A program made the translations under genes and the position numbers. The notes under the pieces are model-generated. The model was not told the DNA's origin and searched no databases. It worked only from the letters and a program-made list of their open reading frames with translations. From assembly GCF_001194135.2 (NCBI RefSeq), contig NC_068986.1, forward strand, positions 53,694,085 through 53,758,084: a stretch of 64,000 bases of DNA. The letters are read 5' to 3'. This stretch comes from Octopus bimaculoides (taxonomy: Eukaryota). Below, one piece after another: positions 11,462-22,371 of this stretch (its first letter is position 1; each line of letters starts with the position of its first letter).

Positions 11462-13485
11462 CAGATGTGTGTGTAATCGCTTATCACGTGAAAACGGCTT
11501 CACTATTTACTTGTGATACATGAATAATTTGACCTCGGATAAATCTTAGGCTCTTCATTTGATTTTTTTTATCTCTAATTAAAAATAAATATTGCTTTAT
11601 ATTTAAGATTCACTTGTTTAAAAAGGTTTCTCAATGTCAACTTCCGGTACGGACATGACAAAAACGGCGACGTCTCTCACTCTCTACTTTTAATGTTCGC
11701 TTTCTGTAAACAACTACGATNNNNNNNNNNNNNNNNNNNNNNNNNNNNNNNNNNNNNNNNNNNNNNNNNNNNNNNNNNNNNNNNNNNNNNNNNNNNNNNN
11801 NNNNNNNNNNNNNNNNNNNNNNNNNNNNNNNNNNNNNNNNNNNNNNNNNNNNNNNNNNNNNNNNNNNNNNNNNNNNNNNNNNNNNNNNNNNNNNNNNNNN
11901 NNNNNNNNNNNNNNNNNNNNNNNNNNNNNNNNNNNNNNNNNNNNNNNNNNNNNNNNNNNNNNNNNNNNNNNNNNNNNNNNNNNNNNNNNNNNNNNNNNNN
12001 NNNNNNNNNNNNNNNNNNNNNNNNNNNNNNNNNNNNNNNNNNNNNNNNNNNNNNNNNNNNNNNNNNNNNNNNNNNNNNNNNNNNNNNNNNNNNNNNNNNN
12101 NNNNNNNNNNNNNNNNNNNNNNNNNNNNNNNNNNNNNNNNNNNNNNNNNNNNNNNNNNNNNNNNNNNNNNNNNNNNNNNNNNNNNNNNNNNNNNNNNNNN
12201 NNNNNNNNNNNNNNNNNNNNNNNNNNNNNNNNNNNNNNNNNNNNNNNNNNNNNNNNNNNNNNNNNNNNNNNNNNNNNNNNNNNNNNNNNNNNNNNNNNNN
12301 NNNNNNNNNNNNNNNNNNNNNNNNNNNNNNNNNNNNNNNNNNNNNNNNNNNNNNNNNNNNNNNNNNNNNNNNNNNNNNNNNNNNNNNNNNNNNNNNNNNN
12401 NNNNNNNNNNNNNNNNNNNNNNNNNNNNNNNNNNNNNNNNNNNNNNNNNNNNNNNNNNNNNNNNNNNNNNNNNNNNNNNNNNNNNNNNNNNNNNNNNNNN
12501 NNNNNNNNNNNNNNNNACTTTTACGAAAATTAAAATGGGGATTAAATGAAAACAATGATTTACGTGAATATCCTCACAAGAGTAATTGAAATAAATGGCG
12601 ATTGTGGAACCCCCCACGCACGCACGCGCGTGCGCATATACACGTTTGTCTTTGTAAATATGTTTGTATACATTTATATATGTGTGTGTTTGTAAGAGAC
12701 AGTGTGAGTGTGAGAGGTTTGTTGTCATGTATACGTACATGCATAAATATACATACATCTTTGGATGTATGCATATGACAACACAGCCCTTGACTCACTC
12801 ACTCACACTCTCTCTTACAAACACGCCCGCACGCGCATACACACGTGTGTCTTTGTAAATATGTTTGTGTACATTTATGTATGTGTGTTTGTAAGAGACA
12901 GTGTGAGTGAGTCAAGGGGTGCATGTGTGTGAGAGCGGTGTGTATGTAGTATTTACTCTCTCTCTCTCTCTCTCTCTCTCTTATACACACTCACACACGA
13001 AATAGAGAGTGAAGCTTTTTGCCGTTGTTACGTCAATACCGGAAGTTGACATTGAGGAACCTTTTTAAAGTGAATCTTAAATATAAAGCAATATTATTTA
13101 TTTTTAATTAAAAAAATCAAATGAAGAGCGTAACATTTATCCGAGGTCAAATTATTCACGCATCACAAGTATGGAAGCATTTGAAGTCGATTTCACGTGA
13201 AAAGCGATTACACACGCATCTATTTTATATATAGTATAGATTTACTCTCCCTCTCTCTCTCTCATACACACGCACACACACACAAAGATGTATGCATGTA
13301 CGTATACATAACAACAAACCTCTCTCTCTCTCTCTGTCACACACACACACACACTTCCATTTCATCTGATGTGTGTGTGTGAGAGGGGTTCCACAATCGC
13401 AATTTATTTCAATTACTCTTGTGAGGATATTCACGTAAATCATTTTTTCATTTAATCCACATTTTAATTTTCGTAAAAGTTTCCA
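11462..13485. repeat. Composite foldback/inverted repeat with microsatellite core, interrupted by a gap
   Basis: 11462-11690 is the reverse complement of 13001-13225. 12518-12613 is the reverse complement of 13385-13480. A direct duplication lies at 12618-12716 / 12822-12918. Confidence 0.65.
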
Positions 13486-13639
13486 AGTGCCAATGAGGCT
13501 TTTTGGCGCATCTTCAATTTTTCAATTCATGAGTCTATCTACAGAATGTCCTCAGATTTCTATACAGCATATTTTGCTTTTTTCCTTCCAGTGTATAAGC
13601 AACAATTTCATTCCCGAGCAACGCCGGGTTACTCTGCTA

Positions 13640-13683
<44 letters not shown>

Positions 13684-14599
13684 TCAGTTACTTGACTTTA
13701 TACATATTAGTTTCTGACGTATATCAGGAATTTATATAAGAATAAAACAGTTCTTGATTTGGATTTTGCTTTTATTGAAGTCGGTCAAACTATATGTCCG
13801 GTTGTCTAAAATCTTATCCGCTAGAAAATTTCAGTTCTGTAAATCAAATATTGGACGGTTGCTATTGATAGCTTCTTTTAAAGATCATTCTGTATCCTGG
13901 ATATTTAGTTTGCTTGTCCTTGGAAATTCTCCAAACGTTTCATTACTTGACATTTATCCCTCTCACTGTCAGTTACTCATGCCGTTTCACTAGCTAGTGG
14001 TAATTCTCTGACTACTTCAGTTTACAATTCGTTAAGCATATTTAATATCTAGTCGTTCTAAGGATCAGTTATAGCAGGGTTTTTTTGTTTTTTTTTTATT
14101 ATATTGTTTAGTTGAATCATTGAGGACAAATCTGAGGTAGGCTCTGGTGGAAATATGTTGACAGCATGGCACGGTTTGAAATGCTAGATCTCAAAATAGT
14201 CGAATACGATGTTACTATATTTCTTTCTTATGTTTACAAGATGTACTGTTTATAACTGTTTTTTTTCATTTATAAAGGCAGATATATTTACATTTATTTT
14301 CGGAAAAAATTCCGTCGGCACAGTTCTCAATTTATAGCATGAAAATCGGAGGAAATATAGGTTTCACGTTACGACCTGGTGAATTTTGAAGTACACAGGT
14401 TTCGTAACTTGGATGTCTATATTTTCATTCTACTAGATAACTATATTACGTGAAATTTTTCTGAAAAAAAAAAAACTGAACTTCCCTCATGCATCTCGGC
14501 TTCTAACCTTGAAATCAAGTTGGAATGGAAATAGCTTTTGCGTTACCGAATTCCGAGAAGCGACAAAATAAATGCCTATCAAGCATTGAAGCCTAATTA

Positions 14600-14900
14600 A
14601 TCGATAATTTTCTTTAGCCCTTTACTCCCTATGGAACTTAGGCCATTGGTAACTTTTCTCCACAGTTCTCAGCTCTGTGTTACCTTTCCTGCTTCTCTCC
14701 AGTTGGCGCCCTGCCTTTCCTGCTCTGCATCTATATCCTTCCTCCAGCTATTTGTTTTTTGTTGTGGTGGTGGTGGTGGAAGGGATGTCCCACCTTTTTG
14801 GGTTTCAGGTTAGAACCTAACGTGTAGTGAAAAATTTTGGTTTTTGATTTTAAGCGGTGGCTTAGGAAACCTTTCGGGTTTTTTCTCCCTAGAAGGAAGG
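14600..14900 (-). mobile_element. RTE LINE 3' end remnant
   Basis: Translation fragments LSHRLK..VLT*NP..WRKDIDAEQERQGANW..LWRKVTNGLSS resemble the RTE C-terminus GHTLRK..ALTWNP..WRRD..W.. followed by GLCS. Confidence 0.6.
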
Positions 14901-16939
14901 CATTCTTTTTGGTTTTCAATTGTCATCGACGCTTCTGTGACTACGTTGTTTTTCTTTTTTTACCTCTGTCCCCAGAATTTGGTCCATATTAGTCTGGCCT
15001 CTACCCAGCATAGTTGTCCTATCAGGAGCTTGCACTTTCTTGGCATAGTTCTCAGGCTCGTTGAGGCACACACACCAGCACATCGTAACAAGGACTGGAC
15101 CTTGTCAACTAATCGGCAACACCGCTCATCTATACTATATTCGTGCAGCTATTAGAAATCGTATTGGCAATTGTAGTAATTCTATTAGGACACCTACTGA
15201 TACTTCCAAATTTGTTCCGTTTTATTACATTTTCTGATTATCCAACTCTTGCTAATCGATAACTGTTTGGTTAGAAGCAGCAGTAGCCCTAATTCTTCAA
15301 TGTCAGAATATTGCTACCATTTTAGTCGATGTCTAATTCGTTGAATTGCGTTCTACATTCTATAGAAGTGGGGTTTTTATTTTGAGTAATTATCTCCTCC
15401 AGGCGTTTACTTCTGTAGCTGGAGCTAAAGTTGTAAAATGCTTTACTGTTTAACCAGAAATTAGTTCTGTTCGAGCAGACGCATGATCGAGGGCGTTCTA
15501 ACTATGACTATTCCGCTTTGTTTTTAGCCTCTCTTCGATTACATTATCTAACGAGTTATCACTTTTAAAATGGAAGTGTAGTGTTTTTTAAGCTATTTCT
15601 AACAGTTCAAATGATGTAGAGGCTTTATCGTTGCCTCGGCCATTTACAGCTGCAGTCAGCACCGGATTTACACTTAGTGAGGCCCTAAGCTATATAAAAG
15701 CTTGGAATCCCTTTGTTATATTACAAGTTTCACAAAAATTGAAAATGTATGCACTTTAATTATTTTGAAAATCCTACGGATTGAGATTCGAAATTGTAGC
15801 TGGGTTAGCTATGTCTTAAATCTCACACTGGTAGTTGTCAATTTAGCACCGCTCTGCGTAACACCACTTTGTAATGTTTTTGCTGAGCGTTTTGTTCCAA
15901 GTATTGGCACTAAGCATCTGTCAGAGGGTGTTATTCGGTGCCTGTGAAAGCTTTCTTAGCTGAAGTGGAATAGAATAACCTCTCTTTTAGTAATTAATGA
16001 ATGGTGGCTTTTTCAAGCATTGTGCGGTGTGGAGAGGCCCTGCAAAAATCACTGATTTCTGACATGCTGGCGATTATGATTTAACCTTAAGTTCATCTCT
16101 TCATTCACTGAACGTACACTTTTTTTCGTTACTTTCTTTCAATGAATTGAAAATTCGTTGGATAATTCTTTTTCCTTCTGCCAATAGCCAGTTCGGTTGT
16201 TTTTGTAAATCCTATGGTATGTTCAAGCTGTTTTAAGCCAACTCTTCGGAAAATGTTTTCACTTAGTATCTACTGGCCTGCCATCTCCTTTCGCTTGAAT
16301 GTTAGCAATAAAAATATCCAGAAACAGCATTCCTCTAAGCGTCTCTTTTCCGACCTCATAAAAAAAAATCTTTACTATATTTCATCCTCTATTGAAGACA
16401 TCTAGGTCATATTTTTCTGCTGCTGATTTTTTTTTTAAAATCAGTACACATATTTCCTCTTGTCTTTCAAACTCTTCATATTGAAGACGATTATTTTACA
16501 TCGTAATCAGTCAGCACTGGAGTCTAACCTATTTATTTCTCTGGTTAACACATTTACTTTCTAAATACTCCGACGCCTTTCGTACTGCAACTATCCCCCG
16601 TTTCTGTCTTTTTCATAAGGCCAGTCAATTAACCTCCTGAACAACCCAGAACCTCTTGGTAATTTAATTCAACTGGCCTTAGCCACTTCTACTTTTCATA
16701 TACATGACAGGAAAAGTGCTTTCTCTCGAGCGTATCCAAGTTAAGCTGAACTTTTCAGAAAACCGATACCATCTTCCTAGATCATACCATCAACATTCAC
16801 AGCACTAAAAATCCCAAGTAGTTTACTTTCAAATAAGCTACTTCTGTACAATCGCAGAACACTGCTGACAATATCCCAAATGAGTTGTTACTAATTCTAA
16901 TCAATTAGTAGGCATTTACTACCACAATGCTTGCAAAAT

Positions 16940-17340
16940 TATGAAAACCAAACAATATCTTCGTGCCGTAGTCTGCAAGATCCATCGCCTTTCAAATTGT
17001 AATCGAACTCTTTGGTTGCTTTATTAAAAGGCTCTGACTTTCCAGATTTCATCATTTCACTTTCAATAACTCTACACATTTTTTTACCCCTCGCTTCCAA
17101 ATTTTTTATTCTTGGTGAAATCATGGATCCGTATCTGGAAAGCGTGTACTTTCGTCTGTGTTGGTTGGGCGCGATGGTGTACCTATTCAGGGTTAAGTTG
17201 TACTTCTACCTAGCTCACACAAAAAAAAAAGCAAATTCGCTTACCCTCACGGTGTCCTTAGGCGTGCAGCTCATAGCTCCGTCTATCTTCAATGGTAACT
17301 GGAACTAACTAACTTAAACGCATGCGCATAAGCGAGCTAC
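16940..17340 (-). mobile_element. ORF1-only element array unit E (5' region and possible N-terminal ORF1 remnant)
   Basis: Begins GTAGCTCGCT directly after the AATAAA of the preceding unit. It shares ACC..GAGGTA.G.GAAT..T-run..TGAGCT with 20435-20300. ISPRIKNLEARGKK..VIESE weakly resembles ITFKVFSLKGKK..VEAE. Confidence 0.45.
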
Positions 17341-18534
17341 TTTATTACAATATCTTTGCCATAAAGGCATTACACAGAGGGGACACTACAACACATGTGG
17401 GGACATATAACAATTAAAAATGATATAATGAATGATACATGAAAATGCACGTGAATAACAAATTTAAAATATAACATGAATGATATCTGAAAATGATACG
17501 AAGAGCGTGCTACTCATCCCACAGAGTAACGCCACTCGCTGCCTCTGAGNNNNNNNNNNNNNNNNNNNNNNNNNNNNNNNNNNNNNNNNNNNNNNNNNNN
17601 NNNNNNNNNNNNNNNNNNNNNNNNNNNNNNNNNNNNNNNNNNNNNNNNNNNNNNNNNNNNNNNNNNNNNNNNNNNNNNNNNNNNNNNNNNNNNNNNNNNN
17701 NNNNNNNNNNNNNNNNNNNNNNNNNNNNNNNNNNNNNNNNNNNNNNNNNNNNNNNNNNNNNNNNNNNNNNNNNNNNNNNNNNNNNNNNNNNNNNNNNNNN
17801 NNNNNNNNNNNNNNNNNNNNNNNNNNNNNNNNNNNNNNNNNNNNNNNNNNNNNNNNNNNNNNNNNNNNNNNNNNNNNNNNNNNNNNNNNNNNNNNNNNNN
17901 NNNNNNNNNNNNNNNNNNNNNNNNNNNNNNNNNNNNNNNNNNNNNNNNNNNNNNNNNNNNNNNNNNNNNNNNNNNNNNNNNNNNNNNNNNNNNNNNNNNN
18001 NNNNNNNNNNNNNNNNNNNNNNNNNNNNNNNNNNNNNNNNNNNNNNNNNNNNNNNNNNNNNNNNNNNNNNNNNNNNNNNNNNNNNNNNNNNNNNNNNNNN
18101 NNNNNNNNNNNNNNNNNNNNNNNNNNNNNNNNNNNNNNNNNNNNNNNNNNNNNNNNNNNNNNNNNNNNNNNNNNNNNNNNNNNNNNNNNNNNNNNNNNNN
18201 NNNNNNNNNNNNNNNNNNNNNNNNNNNNNNNNNCAACAAGGACAGCTGCCGTCACTCAAGCTACTTCTATATCCGGTGGAATTGCTTCTATCCTCACCTT
18301 GGAAGTCTTTCTTCCAAGGTATGTGTGCAGAAGCACTACCTCCTCTGTTTTCACCGCCACACTCGCCAGCTTCCTCGCCTCCTCTATTGTTCTAAATTGT
18401 ACGACCATTGTGCCATATTTTCTTCCTTTCGTCATGTATATTATTTCTTTCGACTTCTCTGTTAGTGCTTTTTCCGTTTCAGCTTCCACCTGCTCGGCCT
18501 TTTTCCCTTTTAGTGAGAACACCTTAAAGGTGAT
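17341..18534 (-). mobile_element. ORF1-only element array unit D (RRM-like region, gap, 3' UTR)
   Basis: Intact-looking frame ITFKVFSLKGKKAEQVEAETEKALTEKSKEIIYMTKGRKYGTMVVQFRTIEEARKLASVAVKTEEVVLLHTYLGRKTSKVRIEAIPPDIEVA at 18534-18256. The 3' UTR has the TGCC-TTTAT-GGCA stem (17369-17357) and AATAAA (17346-17341). Confidence 0.8.
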
Positions 18535-18839
18535 NNNNNNNNNNNNNNNNNNNNNNNNNNNNNNNNNNNNNNNNNNNNNNNNNNNNNNNNNNNNNNNNNN
18601 NNNNNNNNNNNNNNNNNNNNNNNNNNNNNNNNNNNNNNNNNNNNNNNNNNNNNNNNNNNNNNNNNNNNNNNNNNNNNNNNNNNNNNNNNNNNNNNNNNNN
18701 NNNNNNNNNNNNNNNNNNNNNNNNNNNNNNNNNNNNNNNNNNNNNNNNNNNNNNNNNNNNNNNNNNNNNNNNNNNNNNNNNNNNNNNNNNNNNNNNNNNN
18801 NNNNNNNNNNNNNNNNNNNNNNNNNNNNNNNNNNNNNNN

Positions 18840-19830
18840 AATTTGCCACGAGGGCAGAACACAGAGGTAGCTTTGCGGGCTGGACATAAACATTAACGAA
18901 CATGAATGATTATGAAATGAAACAAGATGGGGGAGAACGAACGATGCCCACCAATCGCCGCCTCTCGAAAACACTGTTCTTTTTCAAAAACACATTGAGG
19001 TTTTAAACCTTTTAAATAAAACTAATTTGAGGTTCTCTTGTTACAAAAAAAAACACAATATATAACTTTAATCAGGCACTAGTCCTCTTATCAATTTGAC
19101 TGCTTCAAAGCAGTCCCTAGTTTTCACGTTATGGTGAACTATGCTGACAAAAGAGTCTTCGGAGAAGATCTCGGCAATCCTGCTGCGGACCTCCCCGGTT
19201 ACGATCTCCGCAGCTATGTGCGAAGGCCACCCCGGAGCATCCGTACAGCTCAGTTCGTATCCGTCCTCTCCTACTAGCTCATGAATCTTTGCTTGTACAC
19301 TTATTCCCACCTGACAAAAGAAAACATATCCTTTTAGGTTGGGTGGGGTCTGTACACTCTGTGGTAGACACACTTCCTCTTGACGGAGTTTCGTCCTCCT
19401 TCAGTGGCCCAATTCCCTCTGAAGGAGTCTCAATCTCTGCCGGTAGCACACTACCTGCTGCCGGCNNNNNNNNNNNNNNNNNNNNNNNNNNNNNNNNNNN
19501 NNNNNNNNNNNNNNNNNNNNNNNNNNNNNNNNNNNNNNNNNNNNNNNNNNNNNNNNNNNNNNNNNNNNNNNNNNNNNNNNNNNNNNNNNNNNNNNNNNNN
19601 NNNNNNNNNNNNNNNNNNNNNNNNNNNNNNNNNNNNNNNNNNNNNNNNNNNNNNNNNNNNNNNNNNNNNNNNNNNNNNNNNNNNNNNNNNNNNNNNNNNN
19701 NNNNNNNNNNNNNNNNNNNNNNNNGGGGGGGGGGGGTCCCTCAAGAATCACTGGGTACCTTGACCACGCCGTCCTTAAAAGGCCCGGAAACACCAGACTA
19801 GCAATCGACTGGGACCAGAGGGTCAATACC
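18840..19830 (-). mobile_element. ORF1-only element array unit C (5'-truncated; C-terminal domain and 3' UTR)
   Basis: YPVILEGPPP precedes the gap at the position where copy 1 has IIVEGRPP-CCHC. ORF 19373-19068 contains GWPSHIAAEIV..RIAEIF. The 3' UTR matches 20646-20436 (GTCCAGCCCGCA..GCTAC) and carries the stem TGCC-CTCGT-GGCA (18856-18844). Confidence 0.75.
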
Positions 19831-20435
19831 GCTTTTGAAAACCAAAATTAGAAGAAATAAATGAAATGAGAAAAGAAAATAATTGTGTTCCGGCAGGGAA
19901 TCCTATTTTCTGAACAAAAACGTTCACTTCGACTGTTATTCCAGCTGTCTGAGTTCTGTTCTTGACACACTCCGCAATGCAGGGTAAATCCACAGGGAAT
20001 GTTCAAATTTGGCAAAAAATGCCACTCAAAATTTCACGAGAATTGAAACAATTCAAAAGTTCACCTTCTTCGTAATGGTAAATCCACATGCAGAATTAAA
20101 TTGGCAAAAATGCCACACCAAATTTCACGAAGAAATCTTTCCCCTTCGTCGCTGTGTTGGCACGCCCACCCACAACGACGAATGAGGAACACAGATTTTT
20201 CTCGCAAAGCGAGCAACAACTACAGTAGCATAAAGGAGAGGAGTTGCCCAGAGCTTGTGAAAAGATATATACAACAATAATTCTCACTCAGCTCAAAAGA
20301 AAAACGATTCCACCTACCTCGGTCGACTTCTTCGTAATCACTTCTTCGGGAGAGTGTAGACTTTCGACCGCCTTGTTCAATGTTCTTACCGGAAGTAGCT
20401 CATCCGCGCAAGACCGGAAATGGTGAGCAAGCTAC
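19831..20435 (-). mobile_element. Array unit B: ~600-bp non-coding segment starting with the family 5' junction motif
   Basis: Starts GTAGCTTGCT after AATAAA. No ORF1 homology was seen. Internal duplication at 19983-20040 / 20077-20132. Confidence 0.45.
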
Positions 20436-20963
20436 TTTATTTCAATAAATTTCGCCATTAACGGCGTTACATAGAGGGGACAGACAAAGATGAAGTAGCT
20501 GCGGGCTGGACATGGACATTAATGAGATGAGGGTGATAAGGATGAAACAAATGAGAGAGGCACCAGCGCCCGCCGACTAATAACCCTTCGAAAACAGTTC
20601 TTTTTTTTTCCTTTTAAAATTACAATTTTTCCACAATTTCAATATATTAACAATTAAAAATATCACAATTTTCCTCATTCCACCCGTCCGCAAGCAGATA
20701 TGCTGTCCCTGCCAAACAAGTGTCTATTGTTAGGCTTGAATTTGCGGCGAGGTAATAGAAATCTTTATGGTTATATTTTTCTATGACTTTTGCCAATATG
20801 TTGTCATTTAGAACCTCCGCAGTTACCTGTGGAGGCCATGTGGAACTACTCGCACAATCCGAATAGCTCCAAGAATTCATTCACCGCCCCTCCCTCATAG
20901 TACATGATAATATAATCATTATCCACACTGGGAGGGACGTCACGCCACTCTGTCATCGGCACA
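20436..20963 (-). mobile_element. ORF1-only element array unit A (C-terminal domain and 3' UTR)
   Basis: ORF 20880-20647 contains TWPPQVTAEVL, homologous to GWPSHIAAEIV. The 3' UTR has the CGCC-GTTAAT-GGCG stem (20466-20453) and AATAAA (20441-20436). Confidence 0.75.
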
Positions 20964-22249
20964 NNNNNNNNNNNNNNNNNNNNNNNNNNNNNNNNNNNNN
21001 NNNNNNNNNNNNNNNNNNNNNNNNNNNNNNNNNNNNNNNNNNNNNNNNNNNNNNNNNNNNNNNACTGGCAATATGACCATCCCCAAGTACAACAATATAT
21101 ATATATACTTATACATATATATATACATATGCATGTATGTATGTATACATATAGGCTTGAAACTCATAACTTTTCATTTCTTCGTACTAAATAAATTTCT
21201 GCTGTTTTGACTAGTTAGGGCAGTTCAGCTTTAACGTCACTCAAGTAGTATTATAATACCCGATGTGGCATGGTTATCTCCCTGTATGATTTTCAACCAT
21301 GGTGTAGCTGCGATTACCTCCCTTAATCTTGTTTATGCACGAATCGCTGTTTTCTATGCAGGACTCCCCAAACTTTTTAGACTAGTAGTTCTCAACCTTT
21401 TCCTGGCCATCGTTCCCTAAACGCTATTTTTGACATAAGCTAACTGATAATCGCCCACCAAAAAATTATGACAAATATTAAATATAATGTAATTGCGACT
21501 AATCAACACGAAAGAAATGTACATGTAAATGCAAAAGCTAAACGAATTAAAATAAAACTTTATTTTAGATTTAAATGTAGAAAAGGACTAGCTAGTGTGA
21601 GCCATGAAATTGGTGATGTTCCGCTAAAAATTCAATGTCAGGCTTATTGCTGCTCAAACAAATACGAATATCTCCACGTGAAATATTGTCAAATCTGTTT
21701 CTTTCCTTCCGCAAAATGTGATGGACAGTACTAAATCCAGTTTAGACAAGATATGACGTCGGGAAACTCAATCTTAATTTGAAATTTATCATTACATTTC
21801 ATCTCGATGATTTCCTCCTGAATATTTTCGTATGCACTGTGAAGAAACAATTTGTCATGATATTTGAATTTCCTTATTGTTAAATAAAATTTCATCAAAC
21901 AATTTCTTTATTTGTGACTTTATCCACTCCTTATCGTTTTCTCTTGTATTGTACTATATATTCTATATGTCTTGTAGAATGATACAATAAGGAGCTTTTT
22001 TTATGAGTACTACCGGATTACGTAAATCCGTATACAGTGACTTAAATTTATATATTTCAAACCTCCGAGTATGACATCCTGCTGTCTAAAATGTAAAGAA
22101 TATATTGGATAACGTAACATGAAAAAAAGAAAACAGAAATGGTCACAGATAAAATATCTGTTTTCATAGATTTACTCAACCATGAGTTGAAATGGAATTA
22201 AACAAGACCAATTTTATAACAGACGATTTCCAAAATTGACGCGAAACCA

Positions 22250-22371
22250 CACTTTTATAGGGAAGCAGAATTTGAACTATATACACGTGTATCTCAAATG
22301 TAAATATATCACTTTTATAGGGAAGCAGAATTTGAACTATATACATGTGTATCTCAAATGTAAATATATCA
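22250..22371. repeat. 60-bp tandem duplication (2 copies)
   Basis: CACTTTTATAGGGAAGCAGAATTTGAACTATATACA(C/T)GTGTATCTCAAATGTAAATATAT is repeated with one mismatch. Confidence 0.9.

Noticed and set aside
16100-16900. Possible additional RTE remnant on the minus strand (YLG..SAVNVDG..ED; ERRWQ)
   Set aside because: It is too degraded to assign by eye and needs a profile search.
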